This document shows, in pieces, positions 1 to 8,496 of a DNA stretch of 49,064 nt. Within the stretch, counting starts at the first letter, position 1. The number at the start of each line of letters is the position of its first letter. The notes beneath the pieces were generated by a model. That model was not told the DNA's origin, searched no databases, and saw nothing but the letters and a program-made list of their open reading frames with translations. The stretch is from an uncultured Vicinamibacteraceae bacterium (GTDB lineage Bacteria; Acidobacteriota; Vicinamibacteria; Vicinamibacterales; JAFNAJ01), in the NCBI GenBank assembly GCA_964387935.1, contig CAYLZN010000004.1, forward strand, positions 4,231 to 53,294. The letters are read 5' to 3'. The position numbers and the translations under genes are program-made.

Positions 1-1
1 G

Positions 2-181
2 CTCGGGGCGAGGGTGGCCTACATGCTCCCGATCTCAACGCCACCGAACGCCATCGTCTACGGGTCGGGGCGCGTGCCGATCACCGACATGATCAAGGCC
101 GGGGTGCTGCTGGACGTGCTGTCGGTGATCGTCGTGATCGCGGCGCTGCGGCTGCTCTGCCCGCTGCTCGGCCTGGCCTGA
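2..181 (+). CDS. C-terminal fragment of a DASS/SLC13-type (ArsB/NhaD superfamily) anion permease; the 5' end lies outside the window
   Basis: An open frame runs from the window edge to TGA at 179-181. The translated tail MLPISTPPNAIVYGSGRVPITDMIKAGVLLDVLSVIVVIAALRLL carries the P-x-S-T-P-P-N-A-I-V-x-G-S-G hairpin motif and a final TM helix typical of DASS permeases. Confidence 0.55.
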   Translation, partial: LGARVAYMLPISTPPNAIVYGSGRVPITDMIKAGVLLDVLSVIVVIAALRLLCPLLGLA

Positions 182-189
182 CCGCGGCG

Positions 190-1443
190 TCACGCCACCA
201 GCTCGCCGAGCGTGAACCCGGCGAGGGCGATCGTCAACCCCACGAGCAGCACGACGGCCAGCCACGCCACCGCGTTGTAGGCGGGCGCATTGATCCATTC
301 CTTCATGATGCGCGGCTTGTTGATGAGCAGCACCATGAAGATCAGGATGACCGGCAGCAGCATGCCGTTGATGACCTGCGACCACAGGATGGCGCGCACG
401 AGCGGGAAGCCCGGCAGCAGCACGACGCCCCCGCCAACGACGATCAGCAGCGTGAAGAGCCAGTAGAAGATCGGCGCTTCCCCGAACCTGAAGTTCACGC
501 CCGACTCGAAGCCCAGGCCTTCGCAGACGGTGTACGCCGTCGACAGCGGCAGGATGCAGGCGGCGAACAGCGAGGCGTTGAACAGCCCCGCGGCAAACAA
601 CAGGTACGCGTAGGGTCCGAACGGCTTCAGGGCGAGCGCGGCGTCCGCGGCGTCGCCGATATTCCGCGGCGCGATGGCGTGGATGGCGCCGGCGCAGGCG
701 ACGATGATGAAGAACGCCACGATCGTCATGACCACGCACCCGACGACGACCTCGATGCGCGATTCGGCGTACTCCTTGGCGGTCACCCCCTTTTCGACGA
801 TGGCGGCCTGCAGGTAGAACTGCATCCACGGCGCCACCGAGGTCCCGACCATGCCGATCAGCATCGTGAGGTAGGCGGGGTCGACCAGGAGCGTCGGCCT
901 GACGCTGTAGATGGCGGCCTCCTTCCAGTCCGGCTTCACGAGGATGCCGGCCGCGATGTAGGAGATGTACAGGGCGGTGGCGAAGAGGAAGACCTTCTCC
1001 ACGCGCGCGTAGGTGCCCTTCACCACGAGCAGCCACACGGCCGCCGCCCCGAGGGGGACCGAGACGTATCGACTTACGTGGAACAGCTCGAGCGAGCTCG
1101 CGATGCCGGCGAAATTCGCCATCACGTTGGTCAGGTTGGCGAGCACGAGCGCCGTCATGACGAAGAACGTCGTGCGCAGCCCGAACTCCTCGCGAATGAG
1201 ATCCGAGAGCCCCTTCTCGGTCACGGCGCCCATGCGGGAGCACATCTCCTGGGTGACGACCAGCAGGATCGTGATGGGCAGCAGGGTCCACAGGGGCATG
1301 TAGCCGAAGCGGGCGCCGGCCTGCGAGTAGGTGTAGATGCCGCCGGCGTCATTGTCCACCATGGCGGTGATGAAGCCAGGGCCGATGACCGAGAAGAACA
1401 CCGCGACGTGGTAGCGGAAGCGCCGCCACAGGGAGCCCGTCAC
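190..1443 (-). CDS. NRAMP-fold (Nramp family) cation transporter with a non-canonical metal-binding site (NRMT-like)
   Basis: This is the C-terminal 417 codons of track ORF 190..2241. The GTG start at 1441-1443 overlaps the upstream stop (GTGA). About 11 hydrophobic segments are present. GPGFITAMVDNDAGG aligns to the NRAMP TM1 GPGF..DPGN motif, and GTSVAPWMQFYLQ aligns to the TM6 A..MPHN motif. The N-terminal 266 aa of the track ORF are Arg/Gly-rich junk that overlaps the upstream gene. Confidence 0.85.
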   Translation of the reverse strand: MTGSLWRRFRYHVAVFFSVIGPGFITAMVDNDAGGIYTYSQAGARFGYMPLWTLLPITILLVVTQEMCSRMGAVTEKGLSDLIREEFGLRTTFFVMTALVLANLTNVMANFAGIASSLELFHVSRYVSVPLGAAAVWLLVVKGTYARVEKVFLFATALYISYIAAGILVKPDWKEAAIYSVRPTLLVDPAYLTMLIGMVGTSVAPWMQFYLQAAIVEKGVTAKEYAESRIEVVVGCVVMTIVAFFIIVACAGAIHAIAPRNIGDAADAALALKPFGPYAYLLFAAGLFNASLFAACILPLSTAYTVCEGLGFESGVNFRFGEAPIFYWLFTLLIVVGGGVVLLPGFPLVRAILWSQVINGMLLPVILIFMVLLINKPRIMKEWINAPAYNAVAWLAVVLLVGLTIALAGFTLGELVA

Positions 1444-2678
1444 GCGTCCCTCAGCGCCGAGATGATGTCGTCGGCCGTGATCACGCCCACGAGGCGGCCC
1501 GCCGGATCGACGACGGGCAGCGACAGCAGGTTGTACTTGTCGAAGCGCTCCGCGACCCGGTCCTTGGCTTCGTCGGCGGGGACCGACTGCAGCGGGTCGA
1601 CCGCGAGCAACGCGAGCGGCTGGTCGGGGTTCCCGAACAGGAGGCGGAACAACGGCACCACGCCCACGAGCGCCTCGCGCGAGTCGACGAGATAGATGGC
1701 ACTGACGGTATCCAGCAGGTGCTCGTGCCGACGCACCTCCGACAGCGCATCCGCGACCGTGCCGCGCACGGACACTGACAGGAAGTCGGTGTTCATCAGG
1801 CCCCCGGCAGAGTCCGGCGCGAACTCGAGCAGCTCGGTCACCTCGGTCTGGGACGCGGGCTCCATCTCCTCGAGAATCTCGTCGGCGGTCTCCGCGGTGA
1901 GCTCGCCCAGAGCATCCGCGGCTTCGTCGGGCGCCATCTCCTCGAGGATCTCGGCCGCCTTCTCGGGTTCGAGCGATTCGAGGATGCTCGCCTGGGTCTC
2001 GGGCTCCACTTCCGACAGGGCCTCGGCGGCGACCTCCTCGTCGATCGTCTCGAAGATGGCGCCGCGTTCCTCCGGCCCGAGATCCTCCACGATGTCGGCG
2101 ATGTCCGCCGGGTGCATGGCTTCCAGGAACCCGTAGGAGATGTTGAGGCGCAGCCGTCGCTGCGGGTCGGGCTCGACGATGTTGCACAGCGCCCAGGGGA
2201 TGGACCGCGGCGGGATGGGCTGCTGCACGCGCCGCACCCATCGTGGAGGGACGACGCCCTGCGCGACGCGGCGCAGCACGCTGCGAAGGCCGACGTCCAC
2301 TTCGCGCACGCGCAGTTCCATGTGGCGGTTGGCCCGGTGGATCTCGAACGTCAGGTCGCTGACACGCACCACCTTCCGGCCCTGCGCGTCGATGATCTGC
2401 TGATCCAGCAGGTCCTGTACGATGCGCAGCATGTTCTCGTCATCGTGATAGGGCGTGAGCTGCTCGTCGTTGAGGAAGAGCCCCTCGAGCCCGACGCTGC
2501 CCACCTGGTCGTAGCGCACGGTGAGCCAGGCCCATCCGCCTCCCACGAGGAAGCGATCCACGCGGGCCCGGTCGACGCGCGGCACGAGCGCCGCGTCCTT
2601 GACGCGCCCGAGCCGACGCCGCTTCAGGTCGAAGACCGGAAGGCCAGTGAGCTCGGTGAGGAAGAGCAGGTCCGCCAT
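1440..2678 (-). CDS. Soluble PRC-barrel / MgtE N-terminal domain / CBS-pair protein (an MgtE cytosolic module without the membrane domain)
   Basis: The ATG at 2676-2678 gives MADLLFLTELTGLPVFD... Acidic helical repeats (HPADIADIVEDLGPEERGAIFETIDEEVAAEALSEV..EKAAEILEEMAPDEAADALGEL) are typical of MgtE_N. They are followed by two CBS motifs (..VGVVPLFRLL.. and ..LLSLPVVDPAGRLVGVITADDIISAL). No TM segments are present. The stop overlaps the NRAMP-like start. Confidence 0.8.
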   Translation of the reverse strand: MADLLFLTELTGLPVFDLKRRRLGRVKDAALVPRVDRARVDRFLVGGGWAWLTVRYDQVGSVGLEGLFLNDEQLTPYHDDENMLRIVQDLLDQQIIDAQGRKVVRVSDLTFEIHRANRHMELRVREVDVGLRSVLRRVAQGVVPPRWVRRVQQPIPPRSIPWALCNIVEPDPQRRLRLNISYGFLEAMHPADIADIVEDLGPEERGAIFETIDEEVAAEALSEVEPETQASILESLEPEKAAEILEEMAPDEAADALGELTAETADEILEEMEPASQTEVTELLEFAPDSAGGLMNTDFLSVSVRGTVADALSEVRRHEHLLDTVSAIYLVDSREALVGVVPLFRLLFGNPDQPLALLAVDPLQSVPADEAKDRVAERFDKYNLLSLPVVDPAGRLVGVITADDIISALRDA

Positions 2679-2786
2679 CGTCCATGCCGACCGCCTATGT
2701 TCCCCGAACCACGCAGGAGGGGGCAAGCCCTTTGAGAAACGAAGGGGCGTGTCACAACCGTGTGAACTGTGGGATGATGCCTCGCC

Positions 2787-2954
2787 ATGGAGTTTCTCAA
2801 CTTCCTGCTGATCCTCGCCAGCGGGTATCTGGTCTGGCGGCAGCCCGAACGCGAGGGCCTGGCCTTCGGCCTCCTCCTCCTGAGCACGCTGCTGACGTTC
2901 ACCCTGTTCCTGATCGGCACCAGGACCTCGATCCTGCCGCCGTTCAACTACTAG
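2787..2954 (+). CDS. Small (55 aa) two-TM membrane protein, below the ORF-track length cutoff
   Basis: ATG at 2787 to TAG at 2952-2954 encodes MEFLNFLLILASGYLVWRQPEREGLAFGLLLLSTLLTFTLFLIGTRTSILPPFNY. There are two hydrophobic helices separated by a charged loop, third positions are G/C-rich, and the ORF ends 7 nt before the DsbB-like start. It resembles small DUF-type proteins seen next to dsbB genes (from memory, unverified). Confidence 0.45.
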   Translation: MEFLNFLLILASGYLVWRQPEREGLAFGLLLLSTLLTFTLFLIGTRTSILPPFNY

Positions 2955-2961
2955 GCGCGCC

Positions 2962-4452
2962 ATGGCTGCCGCTGCCGCGCGTGCCGCACGCGTCCTGCCC
3001 CACGTCCTCCTCGCGATCGCCGTCCTGGCGCTGCTCATCGGCCCGCTGGGCGCGGCCGTGTTCGTTCTCGGCCTCATCGACGGCGATTCGCCGTGCGTGC
3101 TGTGCTGGGCGCAGCGCACGGGCATGCTGCTCATTGCGCTGGTCGGCCTGTTCATCCTGCGGTATGGCCCCCGGCCGCGGTACCTCGGCCTGGGCCTGCT
3201 GATCAGCGCCGCGGGCATCTACATGGGCGTGCGCCACTCGGCGCTCCACCTCGCCCGCGACGTCGGCCAGGGCTTCAGCGTCGAACTCTACGGGGCGCAC
3301 ACCTACACGTGGTCGATGTTCGTGTTCTGGGTCTGCCTCGTGGTGATGGCGCTGCTCATCCTGCTGCTGCGCGACGGCGAGGCGTCCGCCGTGTCCCGCC
3401 GGCCGGGCGCGCTGGACCGGCTCGCCATGCCGCTGTTCCTGCTCGTCACCGCCGGCAACCTCGTCCAGGCGTTCGCGAGCACGGGCCCGCCCCCGTTCAT
3501 GGGCCAGAGCGATCCGATCCGCTTCTCGTTCAACCCCAGGCACTGGGTGTGGTCCACGGAGGAGTGGAATCCCGCACCCGTCACGCTGCGCGGCCGCTGG
3601 GACATCGAGAAGCCGCACGTCGAGGGACTGCCGGCCGACCCGGACGCCGGCCCGCTCGCCGGCCTGCCGATCCTGGGCGTGGCTCGCCAGGTGCCGCTGG
3701 CGCTGCCCCTCCGCGGGGCCGCCACGGACCTCGCCTACGACGCTCCGAGCGATCGCTTCCTCGTGACGACCGAGAACGGCGTGTGGCTGAGCCCCGGCAC
3801 GCTCGACCAGGTCCAGCGGCGGGCGCTCGTCGACATGGCGTTCTCCGTGGACCTGGCGCGGTTCACCGGTGCCGCGTTCCTGGAGCCAGGCGTGGTCATG
3901 GCCGTCTCGGAGAACAAGAGCTTCGTCATCCTCAGGGAGAACCCGAAGGCAGACGCGCAGGCCAACTACCGGTTCTTCCTGGACGGTCGTGACCAGTTCG
4001 ACGAGGTGGTGCGCGCGCGGTTCACGACCGTGCGCGCGCGGATGATGTACGTCATGTCGGTCGCCTTCGATCCCGAGGCGAAGGCGATCTACACGGTCAG
4101 CGTGCCCAACCAGCGCGTCAGGCGACTCGTCGTCTCGCGGTTCGACCGCGCGGATCTCACGTTGTCCGAGGAGTTCCTGCCGGGACTGGCGCCGGGACTC
4201 GCCGTCAGGCTGAAGGGCACGGACCGGACGCTGGACGAGTTGTACGTCACAGGCGCGACGTGGCACGCGGGACGACTGTTCGCGATCAGCGCCGCGTACA
4301 GCACACTGCTGGTGATCGACCCCGCGAGTCACCACGTGGTGGCGGCGTACGGCATTCACGGCCTCGACCGCCCCACGGGTCTCGCCGTCAAAGGGAACGA
4401 GTTCTACATCAGCAGCGCAAATCCGACGGTCGCGGTCGTGCGAATGCCGTAG
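2962..4452 (+). CDS. DsbB-like membrane thiol oxidoreductase domain fused to a ~300 aa Cys-free periplasmic (beta-propeller-like) domain
   Basis: Four N-terminal TM helices carry the DsbB/BdbC signature SPCVLCWAQR (CxxC followed by W-x-Q-R) at the start of the first periplasmic loop. The C-terminal ~300 aa are hydrophilic, with repeated blade-like segments (ATDLAYDAPSDRFLVTTENG, AIYTVSVPNQRV, LFAISAAYSTLLVID, DRPTGLAVKGNEFYISS). Confidence 0.7.
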   Translation: MAAAAARAARVLPHVLLAIAVLALLIGPLGAAVFVLGLIDGDSPCVLCWAQRTGMLLIALVGLFILRYGPRPRYLGLGLLISAAGIYMGVRHSALHLARDVGQGFSVELYGAHTYTWSMFVFWVCLVVMALLILLLRDGEASAVSRRPGALDRLAMPLFLLVTAGNLVQAFASTGPPPFMGQSDPIRFSFNPRHWVWSTEEWNPAPVTLRGRWDIEKPHVEGLPADPDAGPLAGLPILGVARQVPLALPLRGAATDLAYDAPSDRFLVTTENGVWLSPGTLDQVQRRALVDMAFSVDLARFTGAAFLEPGVVMAVSENKSFVILRENPKADAQANYRFFLDGRDQFDEVVRARFTTVRARMMYVMSVAFDPEAKAIYTVSVPNQRVRRLVVSRFDRADLTLSEEFLPGLAPGLAVRLKGTDRTLDELYVTGATWHAGRLFAISAAYSTLLVIDPASHHVVAAYGIHGLDRPTGLAVKGNEFYISSANPTVAVVRMP

Positions 4453-4508
4453 GCCGGTAGAATGCGCCTGGCCGCGCCGCCGGCGCGCATGCGTCGAAGG
4501 AGGGTGGC

Positions 4509-6104
4509 ATGACCCCGCGCGAGCTCTGGGACCGGTACCGCGCTTCGCTGTTCGATGATCCGGATCTGGCCATCCGGCTCGACGTGAGCCGGATGGGCAT
4601 CCCCGACGGGTTCTACGACGAGAAGGAAGCGGACCTGCAGCGCGCCTTCGCGGCCATGGAGGCGCTCGAACGGGGCGCCATCGCCAACCCGGACGAGCAG
4701 CGCATGGTTGGCCACTACTGGCTGCGCGCGCCGGACAGGGCACCCACCGACGACATCGCCCGCGCGATCCGCCTCACGCGGCAGCGCGTGTCCGAGTTCG
4801 CGGCGCAGGTGCACGACGGCCTGGTCCGACCGGCCCGGGAGGAGCGGTTCCGGCACCTGCTGGTCGTCGGCATCGGGGGATCGGCCCTCGGGCCTCAGTT
4901 CGTCGCGCACGCCTTGGGCACCACAGGGGACAGGCTCATCCCCCACTTCCTCGACAACACGGATCCGGACGGGTTCGACCGCGTGCTCTCGGCCCTCGGC
5001 CCGCATCTCGCGCAGACGCTGACGATCGTCATCTCCAAGTCGGGCGGAACGCCGGAGACGCGCAACGGCATGATCGAGGTCGACGCGGCGTACCGCGCGC
5101 GACAGCTCCGGATCGGCCCGCACGCCGTCGCCATCACCCAGGAAGGCAGTGCGCTTGCCGGGTACGCGCTCGATCAGGGGTTCGTGGCACGCTTCCCGAT
5201 GTGGGACTGGGTGGGCGGCCGCACCTCGGTCACGAGCGCCGTAGGTCTGCTGCCGGCCGCCCTGCAGGGCCTCGATATCGACAGCTTCCTCGCGGGAGCC
5301 GCAGCGATGGACGAGGCGACGCGCCGGCGCGTCACCCGCCGGAACCCGGCCGCCCTGCTCGCCCTCGCGTGGTACGCCGCCGGTCAGGGCCGCGGCGCCA
5401 AGGACATGGTCGTCCTGCCCTACAAGGACCGCCTCGAGCTCTTCAGCCGCTACCTCCAGCAGCTCGTCATGGAGTCCCTCGGCAAGGAGCGCGACCTCGA
5501 GGGGCGGACCGTCCACCAGGGGCTGGCCGTGTACGGCAACAAGGGGTCGACGGATCAGCACGCTTACGTGCAGCAGTTGCGCGAGGGCATGCCGAATTTC
5601 TTCGCCACCTTCGTCCGGGTGCTCAAGGACCGGGACGGCGTCAGCCTCGAGGTCGAGCCCGGCGCCACGAGCGGTGATTTCCTGGACGGGTTCCTCCTCG
5701 GCACACGGCGGGCGCTGTTCGAGAACGGGCGTCCGTCGCTGACGCTCACGATCAACGAGGTCAGCCCGCGCACCCTCGGGATGCTCATCGCCCTGTTCGA
5801 ACGGACCGTCGGGCTCTACGCCAGCCTCGTGCACATCAACGCGTACCACCAGCCCGGCGTCGAAGCGGGCAAGAAAGCGGCCGCCGCCGTGCTCGCGCTC
5901 CAGCGGCGCCTCGTGGCCGGCCTGCGCGAGGCCGGGCCGCCCGGGGCGACGGCGGAGCAACTGGCCGCCGCGATCGGGGCGTCAGACGACGTGGAGACCG
6001 TGTTCCTGGTGCTCGAGCGCCTGGCCGCAAACGCCGATCGGGGAGTGACGCGGCGTGCCGGCACGACGCCGTTCGACGCGGTGTTCGCGAGCGCGCGGTC
6101 CTGA
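4509..6104 (+). CDS. pgi: Glucose-6-phosphate isomerase
   Basis: 531 aa. Contains the SIS-domain motifs [13 protein letters not shown] and [13 protein letters not shown] plus the C-terminal [10 protein letters not shown]. An AGGAGG sequence lies 6 nt upstream of the ATG. Confidence 0.95.
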   Translation: MTPRELWDRYRASLFDDPDLAIRLDVSRMGIPDGFYDEKEADLQRAFAAMEALERGAIANPDEQRMVGHYWLRAPDRAPTDDIARAIRLTRQRVSEFAAQVHDGLVRPAREERFRHLLVVGIGGSALGPQFVAHALGTTGDRLIPHFLDNTDPDGFDRVLSALGPHLAQTLTIVISKSGGTPETRNGMIEVDAAYRARQLRIGPHAVAITQEGSALAGYALDQGFVARFPMWDWVGGRTSVTSAVGLLPAALQGLDIDSFLAGAAAMDEATRRRVTRRNPAALLALAWYAAGQGRGAKDMVVLPYKDRLELFSRYLQQLVMESLGKERDLEGRTVHQGLAVYGNKGSTDQHAYVQQLREGMPNFFATFVRVLKDRDGVSLEVEPGATSGDFLDGFLLGTRRALFENGRPSLTLTINEVSPRTLGMLIALFERTVGLYASLVHINAYHQPGVEAGKKAAAAVLALQRRLVAGLREAGPPGATAEQLAAAIGASDDVETVFLVLERLAANADRGVTRRAGTTPFDAVFASARS

Positions 6105-6110
6105 AGCCCA

Positions 6111-6136
6111 GGGGTCGCCGTTCAGAAGGCGACCCC
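6111..6136. terminator. Bidirectional stem-loop between convergent pgi and the Omp85 gene
   Basis: GGGGTCGCC (6111-6119) pairs with GGCGACCCC (6128-6136): a perfect 9-bp GC-rich stem with an 8-nt loop. It starts 7 nt after the pgi stop and overlaps the last codons of the minus-strand gene. There is no U-tract. Confidence 0.5.
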
Positions 6137-7384
6137 CAGCGTGAAGTGCGCCCGCGTCCCGCTGCCGACGCCGTGCGCCACGTCGATGCGGCCCGAGAGC
6201 ATCAGCGCGCTCATGAAGAACCCGCCGCCAAATCCGCGATCGACACGCGTCCCGTCGATCGCCTCCCCCGCGGCCCACGTGGTGCCGGCATCGGCGAACA
6301 GCGCGAACCCGGCGCGGCCCACGCTGACCGGGGACGAGATCGGCACACGCAGTTCGGCAGATCCCGCGGCGAGGCGGTCGCCGTCCCGGAAGCCCAGCTC
6401 GAATCCCCGCAGCGACGCACTGCCGCCCAGGAGCGACCGCTCGAACGGCGGCAGCGGCTCGGCGGCCCAGTCGTGCTGCGCCCGCAGTACCAGCACCGTC
6501 TGCCCCAGGAGCCCGACGTAGCCTCGAACATCGGCTCGTGTGCGAAAGGTATCTTCCGACGCCTCGAACCACTGTCGCTGCCACCTGAACGACGCATAGA
6601 TCGCCTGGCGCGGAAAGGCCGGGTCCAGCCTCGTATCGGCCACGACATCGAATCCCGCGGCGCCAGTCCGTTCGTCGATGTCGCCGAACCCGACATCGGC
6701 GAGCGCTGCGTGTCCGCCGACCCGCAACCACGGCGTGATGGCGCGCTCGAGCCGTGCCGTCGCGCCTCGCCGCAGGTCGCCGACGTCGTACGACGGGTTC
6801 TCGCGGCGCCACACGCCCCCGGTAACCTCGAGTCGCGTGAACGGGCCACGTGCGAACGTCTGTTCCAGTTCCACGCTGGCGCGACGCTCGCCACCCCACG
6901 TGAGCGGCACCGACACCCGGCTGCCCCGACCGACGAGATCGACGAAGCTGACGCGCGCTCCGTAGGTGAAGCCGTACCCGTCCTCGTAGTCGAGCACGGG
7001 CAGCCACATCGTGCTCGCCCCGAGCTTGCGCAGCGGTCCGGGCTCCGGCACATCCACGGACACGCCCACCGCTTCCTCGACGACGATGACGACGATGACC
7101 TGCGTGACATCGGTCAAGGAGGCGTAGCGCTTGCGCACGTCGACCGAGCGGAATCGACCGCTTCGTGCCAGCCGTTCCCGCACGTCGGCCAGCGTCGTCG
7201 CGCGGAACGGGTCCCCGGGCGCGATCGCCGCGAGCTGCACGACGTCGGCGTCCGGCGTCGTGTGGTTCCCGTGCACCCGCACCTCGACGATGGTCTCCGA
7301 GGCCTGGTCTCCGATGGCGAGGGCGGTCGCCGGCACGATCAGCAACCCGACGCCCACGACGATCGCGAGCCACCGCGCCTTCAC
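6122..7384 (-). CDS. Omp85 (BamA/TamA-type, bacterial surface antigen D15) outer-membrane beta-barrel with a single POTRA-like domain
   Basis: A signal peptide (MKARWLAIVVGVGLLIVPATALA) is followed by a POTRA-like segment (IVEVRVHGNHTTPDADVVQLAAIAPGDPF...RFRSVDV). The remainder shows an alternating beta-strand pattern ending in the aromatic OMP beta-signal ...HFTLGVAF. The GTG start overlaps the upstream stop (GTGA). Confidence 0.75.
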   Translation of the reverse strand: MKARWLAIVVGVGLLIVPATALAIGDQASETIVEVRVHGNHTTPDADVVQLAAIAPGDPFRATTLADVRERLARSGRFRSVDVRKRYASLTDVTQVIVVIVVEEAVGVSVDVPEPGPLRKLGASTMWLPVLDYEDGYGFTYGARVSFVDLVGRGSRVSVPLTWGGERRASVELEQTFARGPFTRLEVTGGVWRRENPSYDVGDLRRGATARLERAITPWLRVGGHAALADVGFGDIDERTGAAGFDVVADTRLDPAFPRQAIYASFRWQRQWFEASEDTFRTRADVRGYVGLLGQTVLVLRAQHDWAAEPLPPFERSLLGGSASLRGFELGFRDGDRLAAGSAELRVPISSPVSVGRAGFALFADAGTTWAAGEAIDGTRVDRGFGGGFFMSALMLSGRIDVAHGVGSGTRAHFTLGVAF

Positions 7385-8424
7385 CGCACCTGCACCTTGA
7401 TGTCGGCGAGCCGGTAGTCCTCGTAGGCGACCCGGTAGTGCGCGTCGTAGGTCCCCTTCGCGAACGTGAGCGCCACGTGGGCCTCGATGCCGGCAGGCAG
7501 CCAGACGCCGGGAAACGCCTCGCGCATCTGCATCGTCGCCTTCGTGTCGTCAACGCGGACCAGCCATCGGCCAGGCAGGAAGTCGAAGCCGACGTTGTCG
7601 AACGTGTACTTGAGGATCTGGTGCGTGACGGGCTCGACCCACAGCGAGACGAGCGACACCTTGTTCATCTGTCGCGTGAGCCGTTCCTCGAGATCTCGCT
7701 CCCGACGCTGCGCGTCGGTGTCGGGTTTCGCCTTGGACTCGCCGGTCTGCTCCTTCGTCTCGTTCCGGTCTTCGTCGTCGCGGAACAGCGCCGCGGGGTA
7801 GTACTCGATGTGCAGGACCTCACGGCCGTCGAGGGACTCACGCCCCACCAGCGCGTAGCGGCCGGGCTCGAACCTGAAACGCAGGAAGTAGGCGGCCGAC
7901 ACGAACTGCGGCTCCTGCCGCAGGACGTCGCCCACGTCGGCGGGGGCGTCGGTCGGCTCGGGAACCGGGCCCTGCCACGTCACGCCCTCGTTCGAGACGG
8001 TCACGGATGCCTTCCTGGATTCCCGGCGCCGCTCCCGTTCGATCCACCGCTGCTCGGCGGCGCGGCGGTCGGCCTCGTTCACGGTCACCCCGTTGGCCCG
8101 CAGCGGGCTTCGGACGAAGACACCGTCACGGATGAACCACGCGTAGTCGCGGTCGAGTCCGAACAGCCGGACGCGCCCCGGCGCGAGCACCTCGACTCGC
8201 TCGCGTTCGTCGAGCACATATTGCTGCAGCTTCCGCCAGTTGTCGTCGCGCCGGCTCAGCACGCGCTCCATGAACGCGTCGAGATCAGACCTGGGCGCGG
8301 GTGGGGCCGCAGCGGTCTGGGCCGAGGGGGATGCTGGCAGGACCCAGGCCAGCGTGCAGACGGTGAGGGCGCACACCGACACACGACGGAGGATGGAAGA
8401 CGAAGCCGGAAGATGGCAGAGCAT
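7381..8424 (-). CDS. Secreted hypothetical protein, LolA-like / outer-membrane lipoprotein-sorting fold suspected
   Basis: The start was chosen at ATG 8422-8424 (MLCHLPASSSILRRVSVCALTVCTLAWVLPASPSAQ signal peptide) rather than at 8517, which would read into the heptamer array. Segments such as GRYALVGRESLDGREVLHIEYYP and SLWVEPVTHQILKYTF resemble LolA-like sorting proteins. The gene is translationally coupled to the Omp85 gene. Confidence 0.5.
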   Translation of the reverse strand: MLCHLPASSSILRRVSVCALTVCTLAWVLPASPSAQTAAAPPAPRSDLDAFMERVLSRRDDNWRKLQQYVLDERERVEVLAPGRVRLFGLDRDYAWFIRDGVFVRSPLRANGVTVNEADRRAAEQRWIERERRRESRKASVTVSNEGVTWQGPVPEPTDAPADVGDVLRQEPQFVSAAYFLRFRFEPGRYALVGRESLDGREVLHIEYYPAALFRDDEDRNETKEQTGESKAKPDTDAQRRERDLEERLTRQMNKVSLVSLWVEPVTHQILKYTFDNVGFDFLPGRWLVRVDDTKATMQMREAFPGVWLPAGIEAHVALTFAKGTYDAHYRVAYEDYRLADIKVQVR

Positions 8425-8496
8425 GCGGGTGGTCAGGGCAGGCGCACCTGACCAGACGAATCCGGTCCCACCGGGGTTCCACGGCGGGGCGGTCGC

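Noticed and set aside
2730-2760. A TCACA-N4-TGTGA inverted repeat (within ..GTGTCACAACCGTGTGAAC..) upstream of the small ORF, considered as a CRP/FNR-type site.
   Set aside because: The half-site order and spacing (TCACA-N4-TGTGA) are the reverse of the CRP/FNR consensus TGTGA-N6-TCACA. I see no supporting context.
2684-3202. ORF 2684..3202(+), 172 aa, spanning the small-ORF/DsbB start region.
   Set aside because: It is out of frame with both the 55-aa hydrophobic ORF (2787-2954) and the DsbB-like gene. Both of those have far more protein-like translations, and the 172-aa product is Arg/Pro-rich.
4404-5960. Long ORFs antisense to, or out of frame with, well-supported genes. Examples: 4404..5960(-) opposite pgi; 5982..7553(-); 6146..7417(+); 13311..15146(+); 16445..18589(-) opposite GH105/GH43; 31904..34084(-); 34178..35809(+); 44261..46294(-) opposite the RND pump.
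   Set aside because: Their translations are Arg/Gly/Pro/Ala-rich low-complexity strings with no recognisable motifs. They fully overlap genes that have strong family signatures. Stop codons are rare in all frames of GC-rich DNA, so long spurious ORFs are expected.
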